Below are positions 29,678-38,189 of a DNA stretch of 64,000 nucleotides, piece by piece. The first letter of the stretch is position 1; the number at the start of each line of letters is the position of its first letter. The stretch comes from Candidatus Yanofskybacteria bacterium RIFCSPLOWO2_01_FULL_42_49 (GTDB lineage Bacteria > Patescibacteriota > Minisyncoccia > 2-02-FULL-40-12 > GWA2-44-9): NCBI GenBank assembly GCA_001795615.1, contig MGKI01000002.1, positions 2,760-66,759 of the forward strand, given 5' to 3'. The position numbers were made by a program, and so were the translations under genes. Under the pieces are notes generated by a model. That model worked only from the letters and a program-made list of their open reading frames with translations, had not been told where the DNA came from and did no database searches.

Positions 29678-30916
29678 TTATGGCAAAAAGTTCTTCAGCC
29701 AGTCAGTAATTTTTGAGATGGCACCGTTTGCTTCAGGCAGTAATTTCTGTTTTTGTCCGCCTAGCTCTTTGTCTATCCCCCACAAGACCAAGCCGACCGA
29801 GACAGAAAATGAAGGATCGCCGACAATATTGTTTGCGCCGTCAAAACCTAACGGCTCAGCTACTCTTACCGGCAGTCGCAGCCTATCCTTAACCAAGAAA
29901 GCAAAGCCGGGTAAATTTGAACCGCCACCTGATAAAACAACTCCTGCCGGCAATATACCGTTTTTTGAAACTTTTTTAAGTTCTGACTCTACGATGTCAA
30001 GCAATTCCCCTATTCTGGCATCGACAACTTTAACAAGCTGTTTCTTTGGCACGACAAAATTTTCTTCTCCTATTATTTGCGATAAGTCGATATTGTCCCT
30101 TTTTCTCAGATCTTCTAAGTTTGATGTGGAACAATGTTCAAGTTTAATTCTTTCTGCGATGTTAAGGGATGTTCTCAACGCAACGGCCAAGTCGTTGGTG
30201 ATGTGTTTCGAACCGATTGGTATTACGGCGCTGTGAATTAGGTCGGCTTCTTCAAATACCGCCAGTGTAGAAGTGCCCCCGCCAAAATCAAGATTAATCA
30301 CTCCGTGTTCTCTTTGGCTTTTATTTAGAGACGAGAGAGACGCGGCAAGCGGAGCATATACAAGTCCTGAAACTTCAATGCCGTTTTCATTGACGCACTT
30401 GGCTATATTTCTAAGATACGGGGATAAACCGTCTATAATAAGCGCATCCGCCTCAAGACGAACCCCTTTCATCCCCAAAGGATTTTTAACATATTCCGTA
30501 CCGTCAACAACAAAGTTTCGGGGAATGACATGAATTATCTCTCTGTTGGCCGGCATGCTCACAACCGAAGCGGCCTGAATAACTCTATCTATATCGTTCT
30601 GGGATATTTCATTATCCGCCCTGGATACGGCAATAACGCCTCTGGAAACTTGGGTTTTAATGTGAAGACCGTTAATGCCGACATAAGTTTTCTTTATCTG
30701 CACACCCGCCATTGCTTCAGCTTTCTGAATAGCTGATTTAATGTTATCGATAGTTTCCTCCATGTCTACAACCATCCCTCTGCGCAACCCCTCCGATTCG
30801 GCACTGCCCGTACCCAATATTTCCGGCCTTAAACTGCCGCTGTTTATTCTAGCAACGACAACTTTCACTTGAGAGTTACCTATATCGATACCGGAAATTA
30901 AATATGGACGAGCCAA
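29678..30916 (-). CDS. ftsA: Cell division protein FtsA
   Basis: Actin-like ATPase (GIDIGNSQVKVVVA, DFGGGTSTLAVF); adjacent to ftsZ. Confidence 0.9.
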   Translation of the reverse strand: MARPYLISGIDIGNSQVKVVVARINSGSLRPEILGTGSAESEGLRRGMVVDMEETIDNIKSAIQKAEAMAGVQIKKTYVGINGLHIKTQVSRGVIAVSRADNEISQNDIDRVIQAASVVSMPANREIIHVIPRNFVVDGTEYVKNPLGMKGVRLEADALIIDGLSPYLRNIAKCVNENGIEVSGLVYAPLAASLSSLNKSQREHGVINLDFGGGTSTLAVFEEADLIHSAVIPIGSKHITNDLAVALRTSLNIAERIKLEHCSTSNLEDLRKRDNIDLSQIIGEENFVVPKKQLVKVVDARIGELLDIVESELKKVSKNGILPAGVVLSGGGSNLPGFAFLVKDRLRLPVRVAEPLGFDGANNIVGDPSFSVSVGLVLWGIDKELGGQKQKLLPEANGAISKITDWLKNFLP

Positions 30917-30970
30917 CTAGGTGTTAGGTGTTAGGTGTTAGGTGTTAGAGATGTTTCTAAAACCTAGAAG

Positions 30971-31492
30971 CTAAAACCTAAAAGCTTTTATAATTTTTCC
31001 TTCCAATTTAAACATCTTCTCCGCCTCTCTCTTGGATTTTTCATGCTCATATCCTTTTAAATGCAAAAATCCGTGCACAACTAGCTGTGCCAACTTTTGT
31101 TCTATAGTTATATTCTCTCGCTTTGCCTCATTTTTGGCAATGGATAAGCAGATGAAGATGTCGCCGATATCATAGAAACTGAGAAATTGAGAAATTGAGA
31201 AATTAGATTTGTTTTGAATCGGGAAAGACAAAACATCGGTGGGTTTGTTTTTGTTACGGTATTTTTTGTTTAATTCTTGAATTCTTTTCTCCCCCACCAG
31301 ATTGACGCTAACACTCAACTTGCCTTTGAGTTTTAGTTCTCGAGTAGCCATTTCCAAAATTTTTTTGAAAAAAATCCGCCTGGGAGCTTTTCTTTCTTTA
31401 TAATTTTTTCCGCCAGAGGCGGATCCGCCTTCGGCGGAGAAAACAAGATCGAAATTTTTATTCATTGGCTCGATTTTACCACTAAACCTCAA
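30971..31492 (-). CDS. ybeY: Endoribonuclease YbeY
   Basis: HGFLHLKGYEHE metal-binding motif at the C-terminus. Confidence 0.8.
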   Translation of the reverse strand: MRFSGKIEPMNKNFDLVFSAEGGSASGGKNYKERKAPRRIFFKKILEMATRELKLKGKLSVSVNLVGEKRIQELNKKYRNKNKPTDVLSFPIQNKSNFSISQFLSFYDIGDIFICLSIAKNEAKRENITIEQKLAQLVVHGFLHLKGYEHEKSKREAEKMFKLEGKIIKAFRF

Positions 31493-31583
31493 TATTCGCG
31501 GAAGACCAAGGGATCAAGCCTCCTTCGCCAAGGCTACGGAGGGCCAATCAAGGATCAAGGGATCCAAGCGTCCAAGTACCTTG

Positions 31584-31706
31584 AAACTACCGGGAGGGGC
31601 AGACACCGAGATGCGAAGTCGCATCGTCGCGGGAAGCGTGGCCGACGCGGAGACCGTCCGAGTCGAAGCGGCCAACGTTGACGAAGTAGCCGCCGGAAGA
31701 CCGCAC
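31584..31706 (-). other. DGR variable region VR1
   Basis: 123 nt aligned to TR by hand; every substitution maps to an adenine of TR. Confidence 0.8.
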
Positions 31707-32414
31707 ACCGGACCAGTCCCACTTATCCTCTAAGAGAGTTTCTTTGTTTTCTCCGTAGTAGAGAAATGTATCATAGACAATTTCTACAGGTGTCCTGCGT
31801 TTAACCAATGCCGGGTCAATGTTATTTTGCTTAGCCCAGTTTTTTAGCACTTCTTCTTGTTGATCCCAATTCTTGCTCAACGAGTCCGGCAAGACGGATT
31901 TCATAACAAGACCCCAGCCAAGCTTGGGAGTTCCTTCAAGAGCAAACTTTTCCTTATCAAACCATCCATCACCCTTACTTCGATAAAACATTTTCTTCTT
32001 CTTTTCCTTGGGATCACCCAAAGTATCTCCACCTGAAAACTTTTCTCGTATTTGATCAATGGTTAGGGGCTTAGCTTCCTTGCCTTCACCGATGCTTGGC
32101 ACTCGAAGTACCAGCATCATTCCCAATTGTTTTGCCTGTTCCAACTCCTCTCTGGTAAATGGTATGTTTTCAATCTCTTGCAATTCATCCGGAGTAAGTT
32201 CGACACCGTAGGTTGTTTTAATTGCCTCTGGGCCAAGAAAGTCCTTACCAAATATCTCTCGAGCCTCATCAAATTCAATGTTTACTTCTTTAGCCTCAGG
32301 CACCAGACCTTCTTTCTTGGCAGTATCTAAAGCCTGCTCAACCTTTTTCTGAGTAGAGTTTTTGAACTTATCTGGCTCGTATTCTTCGTAGATTTTGTAG
32401 GCTTCAAATGGCAT
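31587..32414 (-). CDS. DGR target protein 1; the C-terminal CLec-like variable region ends ...HLGVCPSR.
   Basis: The C-terminal 40 codons are homologous to TR (35702-35824), and all differences sit at TR adenines. It is 80% identical to the paralog at 34491-35318. Confidence 0.8.
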   Translation of the reverse strand: MPFEAYKIYEEYEPDKFKNSTQKKVEQALDTAKKEGLVPEAKEVNIEFDEAREIFGKDFLGPEAIKTTYGVELTPDELQEIENIPFTREELEQAKQLGMMLVLRVPSIGEGKEAKPLTIDQIREKFSGGDTLGDPKEKKKKMFYRSKGDGWFDKEKFALEGTPKLGWGLVMKSVLPDSLSKNWDQQEEVLKNWAKQNNIDPALVKRRTPVEIVYDTFLYYGENKETLLEDKWDWSGVRSSGGYFVNVGRFDSDGLRVGHASRDDATSHLGVCPSR

Positions 32415-32415
32415 A

Positions 32416-34404
32416 TTATAGGTCTTGGGTATATTTTAGAATAACTTTTTGAACTGCATGAGGCAACGCTTTAATATCTGTTATTACTTCGGCATCCGGC
32501 TTGTAGGTTTCTCTAACGGCTTGACCTGATTCAGTCATGCCCAATCCTAAACAAATAACCCCCTTATTCCTTAACTGAAGTAAAACAGTTTGGACTTTTC
32601 CTGAATCTTGGCTTTCGCCATCAGAAAGTACAACAATAACTTTTCTTCTTAATTTTTCTCTTAACTCTTTTTCTTGTTCCGGAGTTATTGAATCAAGAAC
32701 TTCTTCAAGAGAAAGGTAATCTGGCGTACCGCCACCAGCTTTGTGCATTTTTTTCCAAATACCAATTCTATCTTTTTCTGACAAGTCAGGTGATAACGAT
32801 TTTAGTTCTACATCGCCAAAGTCACCAAAAGCTCTAGTTTCAGTTCTGACTTGAAGTCCCAACGAAACACCACTCTCAAATTCGGCTTCTTCTATTTCTT
32901 TTTGAAAATCAGCTAGAGATTCCAGGAATAGGAGTTTGCTCTTGCGGTCCATCTCAAGCTTACCGCCTTCATTCATAGAACCAGATAAATCATTAACTAA
33001 AGACATATCAAGCATGCCATAGCCCTCCTGCTCTCGTTTATGCCTCTCAATCTCTCTAAATGCCCTTGGTTGGCCTCCGGCTCGCGATTCAATAGAAGAA
33101 TCAACCAATGTGTCCTCGGCTAGTTCTTCGCCTTCTGTTTTGAGCTGAGGCGAAAATTGCCATCGTTCTTTTAATCGCCTGGCAATGATCTTCTTAAAAA
33201 CTTCCCTTAGCTCGGCTACCAGGGGAGCGATCTCTTCATACTCCTTGCGATAACCAAGAACATCCTCGGCACTGACTCCATGCTCACGAGCCCATTCCTC
33301 AAGAATATTTTGTTCAAGAGTTGGTTGTCCGCCTTTTTTAGCAACTATTTCTTCCATCAACTTCTTGATTTCCTTTTCTTCGGCATGCGTTATGGGTTCT
33401 GGATGACCGTCATGGTAGGTCTTATACTCTTTCTTAAATTTCTTTTCAGCCGCTTCTCTGGCGGCACGGTCACTGGATTTCTTATCTCCACCTTTACTAG
33501 GTTGTTCTTCTTTGCCTTTTCCTTCTTGGGGTGTTTCCTTTTTTCTTTGCCACCATTTTTTCTTATCCTGGCCTGAACCTTGGCCTTGTTGAGGTTTATC
33601 AGAAACTTGAGTGTCCGTGGGTGACCCTTCACCCTGATCCTTGCTTTTACCGCTTTTCTTTTCTTCTTCTAAATCTTTTTCATAGAGTTCTCGATAGATA
33701 GGTTCGACAATTGTTCGCATTATTTGAAAACGATCTTTGGGGTCAATGGTTGGTGTAGTAACCAGATCAAGAATATCTATTTTATCTGAACCAAAGCTTC
33801 TCAATTTATCCAAAGCGGCCTGGGCTTCTGATCCAAGCTGTACCGCTTCTTCTGGCACCATCATCTGGCGAATAAAACCGTAAGTAAACTGAACATGAGA
33901 GGATTTATCGGTATAGTCAGTCGGTGGGAACATCTTTTCTCGGTAGAGTTGTTCTCGAGTTTCTTCTAGGAAAGGAAGTTCAGCAACAATACGTCTGTTA
34001 CCCAAAACATCTTCAAAGATATTGTATAAAAGATGGAGATGACCTTTTGCGCTGTATCGTTTGGCTTCTTTTAAGACAAGTTCCGGATTACGCATAAGCT
34101 CGCCATAGTGAGCCATAAGTTCGTGGGTGGTGGCAAAGAGAGTTTCCTGGAGGCTATAGCCACGTTCTATGAAGAATTTTGGATCGTAAATTAACTTTCG
34201 ATTTTGAAAATCAAATGCCCAACCGCCGTTACCTCGTTCAAGGGTAATATCACCCCTCAACCCGTAAGCTCCTAGTATTTCAGTTTCCTTATTTAAAAAT
34301 TCCTCGACGGCTTGAGCATCAATTTCGCTTTCCTGTTTTGGAACCTCTGGTTTTGGTTCGTCTTGAGGAGTTTCTATTCGATTTATGGGAAATGATTCTG
34401 GCAT
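32416..34404 (-). CDS. Protein with an N-terminal putative HExxH metallopeptidase-like region and a C-terminal von Willebrand factor A (MIDAS) domain, encoded between the two DGR targets
   Basis: HELMAH motif; a long K/E/Q/G-rich disordered middle; VWA with DLSGSM (DxSxS), a T (GGTPDY) and a VIVVLSDGES motif. Confidence 0.65.
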   Translation of the reverse strand: MPESFPINRIETPQDEPKPEVPKQESEIDAQAVEEFLNKETEILGAYGLRGDITLERGNGGWAFDFQNRKLIYDPKFFIERGYSLQETLFATTHELMAHYGELMRNPELVLKEAKRYSAKGHLHLLYNIFEDVLGNRRIVAELPFLEETREQLYREKMFPPTDYTDKSSHVQFTYGFIRQMMVPEEAVQLGSEAQAALDKLRSFGSDKIDILDLVTTPTIDPKDRFQIMRTIVEPIYRELYEKDLEEEKKSGKSKDQGEGSPTDTQVSDKPQQGQGSGQDKKKWWQRKKETPQEGKGKEEQPSKGGDKKSSDRAAREAAEKKFKKEYKTYHDGHPEPITHAEEKEIKKLMEEIVAKKGGQPTLEQNILEEWAREHGVSAEDVLGYRKEYEEIAPLVAELREVFKKIIARRLKERWQFSPQLKTEGEELAEDTLVDSSIESRAGGQPRAFREIERHKREQEGYGMLDMSLVNDLSGSMNEGGKLEMDRKSKLLFLESLADFQKEIEEAEFESGVSLGLQVRTETRAFGDFGDVELKSLSPDLSEKDRIGIWKKMHKAGGGTPDYLSLEEVLDSITPEQEKELREKLRRKVIVVLSDGESQDSGKVQTVLLQLRNKGVICLGLGMTESGQAVRETYKPDAEVITDIKALPHAVQKVILKYTQDL

Positions 34405-34487
34405 TTAGATGTGTTTATATAAAATTTTTTCGAAAGCCCAAGGAGACCAATAAGAATCAAGGGGTCCGAGCGCCCAAGCACCCTACG

Positions 34488-34610
34488 AAACTACCGGGAG
34501 GGGCAGACACCGAGACCCGAACTCGCATGGCCGCGGGAAGCGCCGTCGACGCCGAGACCGCCCGAGCCGAAGCGGCCAACGCGGACGAAGTTGCCGTCGG
34601 AAGACTGCAC
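34488..34610 (-). other. DGR variable region VR2
   Basis: Aligned to rc(TR); about 16 substitutions, all at TR adenines. Confidence 0.8.
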
Positions 34611-35318
34611 CTCGGTCCAATCATATTTATCCTCCAGTAGTGATTCTTTGTTTGCTCCATAGTATATCAGGGTATCATATGCAATTTCCACGGGTGTTCT
34701 TCTCTTAACTAGGGTAGGGTCTATATTATTGTCCTTTGCCCATTTCTTTAGAACTTCTTCTTGTTGATCCCAGTTTTTGCTTAATGAATCCGGTAATACG
34801 GATTTCATGACTAGACCCCAGCCGAGCTTAGGAGTGTCCTGGGTCACAAATTTTTCATTGTCATACCAACTTTCGCCTTTTTTACCATAAAAGACTTTTT
34901 GTTTCTTTTTCTTGGGATCACCCAAGGAATCGCCCTTGGTAAATAGTTCTCTGGCAGAATCAATGGTTAGAGGCCGTTCTGTTTTGCCTTCGCCGAGTCT
35001 GGGTACTCTTAGAACCAACATCATACCAAGTTGTTTGGCTTGTTCAAGCTCCTCTCTGGTGAAAGGGATGTCTTCTACCTCCTTGAGTTCATCTGGCGTC
35101 AACTCTACACCGAAAGTAGTTTGAATTGTTTCTGGTCCTAAGAAATCTTTGCCGAATATTTCTCGAGCTTCTTCAAATTCAACATGGACCTCCTTTGCCT
35201 CAGGTACTAGCCCTTCTTTTTTAGCGGTATCTAAAGCTTGCTCAACTTTCTTTTGAGTAGTGGTTTTAAACTTATCCGGTTCGTATTCCTCGTAGATTTT
35301 GTAGGCTTCAAATGGCAT
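34491..35318 (-). CDS. DGR target protein 2, paralog of 31587-32414
   Basis: Same architecture; the C-terminal VR differs from TR only at A positions. Confidence 0.8.
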   Translation of the reverse strand: MPFEAYKIYEEYEPDKFKTTTQKKVEQALDTAKKEGLVPEAKEVHVEFEEAREIFGKDFLGPETIQTTFGVELTPDELKEVEDIPFTREELEQAKQLGMMLVLRVPRLGEGKTERPLTIDSARELFTKGDSLGDPKKKKQKVFYGKKGESWYDNEKFVTQDTPKLGWGLVMKSVLPDSLSKNWDQQEEVLKKWAKDNNIDPTLVKRRTPVEIAYDTLIYYGANKESLLEDKYDWTEVQSSDGNFVRVGRFGSGGLGVDGASRGHASSGLGVCPSR

Positions 35319-35701
35319 GGTTCGATCAACTCACCACAAGTGGTGTAGTCGGAACTTTATTACATAAATATACAGTCAAAAATAGAATTTTACCAGCCCT
35401 TTTATAGTTGGGTATTTTATGTAATAATATTATTGAGTTTTGTTAATAGAGATTAAGCTCGGCTCAGGCTAGTTTAATCTTACGAACCTCCTCTTTTTGA
35501 TATCCACCGGAGTTCTTGTGGCCTATGGCTATAAGGAGTGGCGTGGCCGGAAAGTAGTAAAAACTACGAAACTACGTGTTTTATTTCAGCGTAGATGTCC
35601 TGCGAAAATCGAAGGACTGCTACCAGGTAAAATTCAGGGGAGAATCTTTTGATAATCCCCGGTGGCTATGGAGCGCTCATGGAGGGAATAAAACATATCG
35701 G

Positions 35702-35824
35702 TGCAGTCTTCCGACGGCAACTTCGTCAACGTTGGCAACTTCGACTCGGACGGTCTCAACGTCAACAACGATTCCCGCGACAATGCGAATTCGAATCTCG
35801 GTGTCTGCCCCTCTCGGTAGTTTT
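35702..35824 (+). other. DGR template repeat (TR); non-coding and AAC-rich
   Basis: No start codon in frame. It encodes SSDGNFVNVGNFDSDGLNVNNDSRDNANSNLGVCPSR in the frame matching the VRs and ends with an IMH-like GC-rich tract that differs from the VRs by a T/C change. Confidence 0.85.
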
Positions 35825-35828
35825 GTCT

Positions 35829-35871
35829 AAGTAAGTAATAGGCCTTCTTTCGAAGGCCTATTACTTACTTA
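35829..35871. terminator. Strong hairpin directly downstream of TR and overlapping the avd stop codon
   Basis: taagtaagtaataggcctt-cttt-cgaaggcctattacttactta. Confidence 0.5.
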
Positions 35872-36243
35872 CTCGCGAGTGGATCGAATCCAACCGCCAA
35901 GCATTTTGCCGATTTCTTGAATGTGGTTTTGGCAAACTATATACCTTTTGTCGCTCAATACGCCGAGGTCGCTTGCCATGCGAATAAACACTTTAAGGAT
36001 ATCAAGCTTGTTGCTGACCGATTCTAGAATCGGCAGCTTGTGGCTCTTGCTTGTTTGAGCTGCAAGCATAATGCCCTCAAGAATCTTTAATATGTATTCT
36101 TCGCAACGCTGTCCGAGCGTGTAGCGGTCTTTCTTGGGAAAATCAAGCTCAAAGATATAAAATTCTTTTAGAAAATCATGAGTTTTCTTAAAGATAGGAA
36201 TATCCAGGCTAAATTTCCCGTCATAGTTATGAGAGTTTTCCAT
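35869..36243 (-). CDS. avd: DGR accessory variability determinant (Avd), four-helix-bundle family
   Basis: 124 aa; C-terminal IQEIGKMLGGWIRS matches the Avd family pattern (cf. bAvd ...LIAEVGRILGSWI); adjacent to the RT. Confidence 0.75.
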   Translation of the reverse strand: MENSHNYDGKFSLDIPIFKKTHDFLKEFYIFELDFPKKDRYTLGQRCEEYILKILEGIMLAAQTSKSHKLPILESVSNKLDILKVFIRMASDLGVLSDKRYIVCQNHIQEIGKMLGGWIRSTRE

Positions 36244-37281
36244 AATGTTTTTAATAAGATTATTAGTTTAGAGAATTTGGTAATCTCGTGGAGGGAATTT
36301 CGAATTGGCAAAAAGCATCGGAGAGATACGCTGATCTTTGAGCGTGACCTGGAAGATAATCTGTGGGGACTTCACCGAGTTCTTGTGGATAGAACATATA
36401 AGCATTCCGGATATTCCTCATTTTTCGTCCAAGACCCGAAAGTAAGACACATCCACAAAGCATTGGTTCGAGATCGTGTTTTGCATCATGCCATAGTGAA
36501 GCACCTTAATCCAATCTTTGAACCAACTTTTATTTATGACTCCTATTCCTGTCGGATCGACAAAGGAACCCACCGGGGAGTAGAAGCTTTTGCTGAACAT
36601 GCTCGGCAAGTCAGCAAGAATTGGACCATTCCATGCTGGGTGCTCAAATGCGACGTCAGAAAATTCTTTGCCAGCATTGACCACAAAGTTTTGCTAGACA
36701 TCGTATTCAAGCAGGTAACGGATCTGGATGCCCGATGGTTAATAAATGAAGTGATCTCAAGTTTCAAATCAGAATTTACAATTAACCCCGAGAAGCCTAA
36801 GGGATTGCCAATTGGAAATCTGACTTCGCAGCTTTTTGCCAATGTGTATCTCAATGAGCTCGACCAATTCATGAAGCATCAGTTGAAAGAAAAACATTAC
36901 ATTCGTTATGCAGATGATTTTGTGATACTACATCCTCAAAGAGACCATTGTTTAAATATCGTAAAGCCAATAAATGCCCTCCTTAAAGAAACTCTCAAGC
37001 TGGAACTCCATCCAAATAAAATTACGGTCAGAAAATTTAGCCAAGGAGTCGATTTCTTGGGTTATGTTTGTTTTCCACATTTTGTAATACCAAGAGTTAA
37101 AACCGAATGTAGGATTTTTAATAAAATTCATAGAAATATTTTGCTATTTAAGCATAATCAGCTCAGTCTTGAATCGCTAAACCAAAGTATCCATTCATAT
37201 TTCGGTATTCTTTCGCATAGCGATTCTTTCGAACTGCAACAAGGGCTTGAAAATCAAATATTTTTCTGGCTTACACAATAA
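36229..37281 (+). CDS. DGR reverse transcriptase
   Basis: RT motifs including YADDFVI. The DGR-specific motif-4 signature LPIGNLTSQLFANVYLNELD has SQ in place of the QG of other RTs. N-terminal ENLVISWREF...RVLHHAIVKHLNPIFEPTFIYDSYSCRIDKGTH. Confidence 0.9.
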   Translation: MRVFHNVFNKIISLENLVISWREFRIGKKHRRDTLIFERDLEDNLWGLHRVLVDRTYKHSGYSSFFVQDPKVRHIHKALVRDRVLHHAIVKHLNPIFEPTFIYDSYSCRIDKGTHRGVEAFAEHARQVSKNWTIPCWVLKCDVRKFFASIDHKVLLDIVFKQVTDLDARWLINEVISSFKSEFTINPEKPKGLPIGNLTSQLFANVYLNELDQFMKHQLKEKHYIRYADDFVILHPQRDHCLNIVKPINALLKETLKLELHPNKITVRKFSQGVDFLGYVCFPHFVIPRVKTECRIFNKIHRNILLFKHNQLSLESLNQSIHSYFGILSHSDSFELQQGLENQIFFWLTQ

Positions 37282-37709
37282 AAAATCATCAAGCCAAGAA
37301 TAATATTTCTTGCAGAACGTTCTACAACTACAAAACGTGGAGCCAAACGATTGCTTGGTTCCTTAAGTGGTTTTGGTGCCATGCCAGCCATAAATCTGGT
37401 TTAGGCTAAGTTGTTGGGACTATGGTAGTAGAAATTAGTTAGATAATCTATAACTTAAAACCACCTAATTTCGGTGGTTTTAAGTATTCTTGCTAAAGCT
37501 ACGAGAACAACTTAGTTACTTTAGTTGCAAGCAACCGATCTCGAGCTAGCACAAAGTGTGCACCATTACAACGCTTCTCGTTATAGCTGTAAATGGCCAG
37601 CAGGGAGTCGAACTCCGAAGACCCACTTGAGACCAGGAGGGTCTTGTCGCCAGAGCCAGAGCCAGTCCCAGGTGCCACAAGAATAGCAAAACAAAGTTTA
37701 ATTTCAAAA

Positions 37710-38171
37710 CTATTTTTCCAACTCTTCTTTCACTATCCTGCTTACCGTTTGCCCGTCGGCTTTTCCTTTTAGTTTGAGCATCAGCACACCTAATACTTTT
37801 CCCATTTCCTTTATCTCCTTAGCGCCGGTTTCCGCTATCGCCTTTTTTACTTCGGCTCTTATCTCATCCTCCGACATTTGTTCCGGCATATATTCCATCA
37901 ACACAGTGAGCTCGTCTCTTTCTTTCTGGGCAAGCTCTCCCCTCCCTGCTTTTTCGTAAACTTCTATTGACTCTTTTCTTTTCTTAACTTCCGAAGTAAT
38001 CACTTCCAGGACTTCTTCGTCTGAAAGTTCTTCGGCTTTGCCGGACTTTGCCCTTTTTTGCAATTCTTTATTTTTTATCGCGCTTTGAAGCAAACTTAAA
38101 ACCAACCGCTTTAGAGTGTTGCCTGACTTCATCGCTTCTTTCATGTCGTTTTTAAGTTTTTCTTTTAACAT
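37710..38171 (-). CDS. yqeY: GatB/YqeY domain protein
   Basis: 153-aa helical protein with the YqeY pattern. Confidence 0.65.
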   Translation of the reverse strand: MLKEKLKNDMKEAMKSGNTLKRLVLSLLQSAIKNKELQKRAKSGKAEELSDEEVLEVITSEVKKRKESIEVYEKAGRGELAQKERDELTVLMEYMPEQMSEDEIRAEVKKAIAETGAKEIKEMGKVLGVLMLKLKGKADGQTVSRIVKEELEK

Positions 38172-38189
38172 AGGCTAGGTTTTAGGTTA

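Noticed and set aside
31514-31708. Minus-strand ORFs 31514-31708 and 34457-34660 with ATSSTLAAS-like low-complexity translations
   Set aside because: They are frame-shifted reads across the VR/IMH of the real target genes and downstream DNA. They share the TR-derived sequence, which explains their mutual similarity.
35576-35834. Two plus-strand ORFs from the track overlap the TR region (…ATSSTLATSTRTVS… and MIIPGGYG…).
   Set aside because: They are the wrong frames. The only frame homologous to the VR codons has no start codon and a stop 4 codons upstream, so TR is a non-coding template.
37560-37650. A minus-strand tRNA was suggested by the GGAGTTCGACTCC...GGCCA sequence.
   Set aside because: I could not find a complementary 5' acceptor strand or a consistent D-arm and anticodon arm in either the class I or the class II layout. 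It is kept only as an unassigned structured region.
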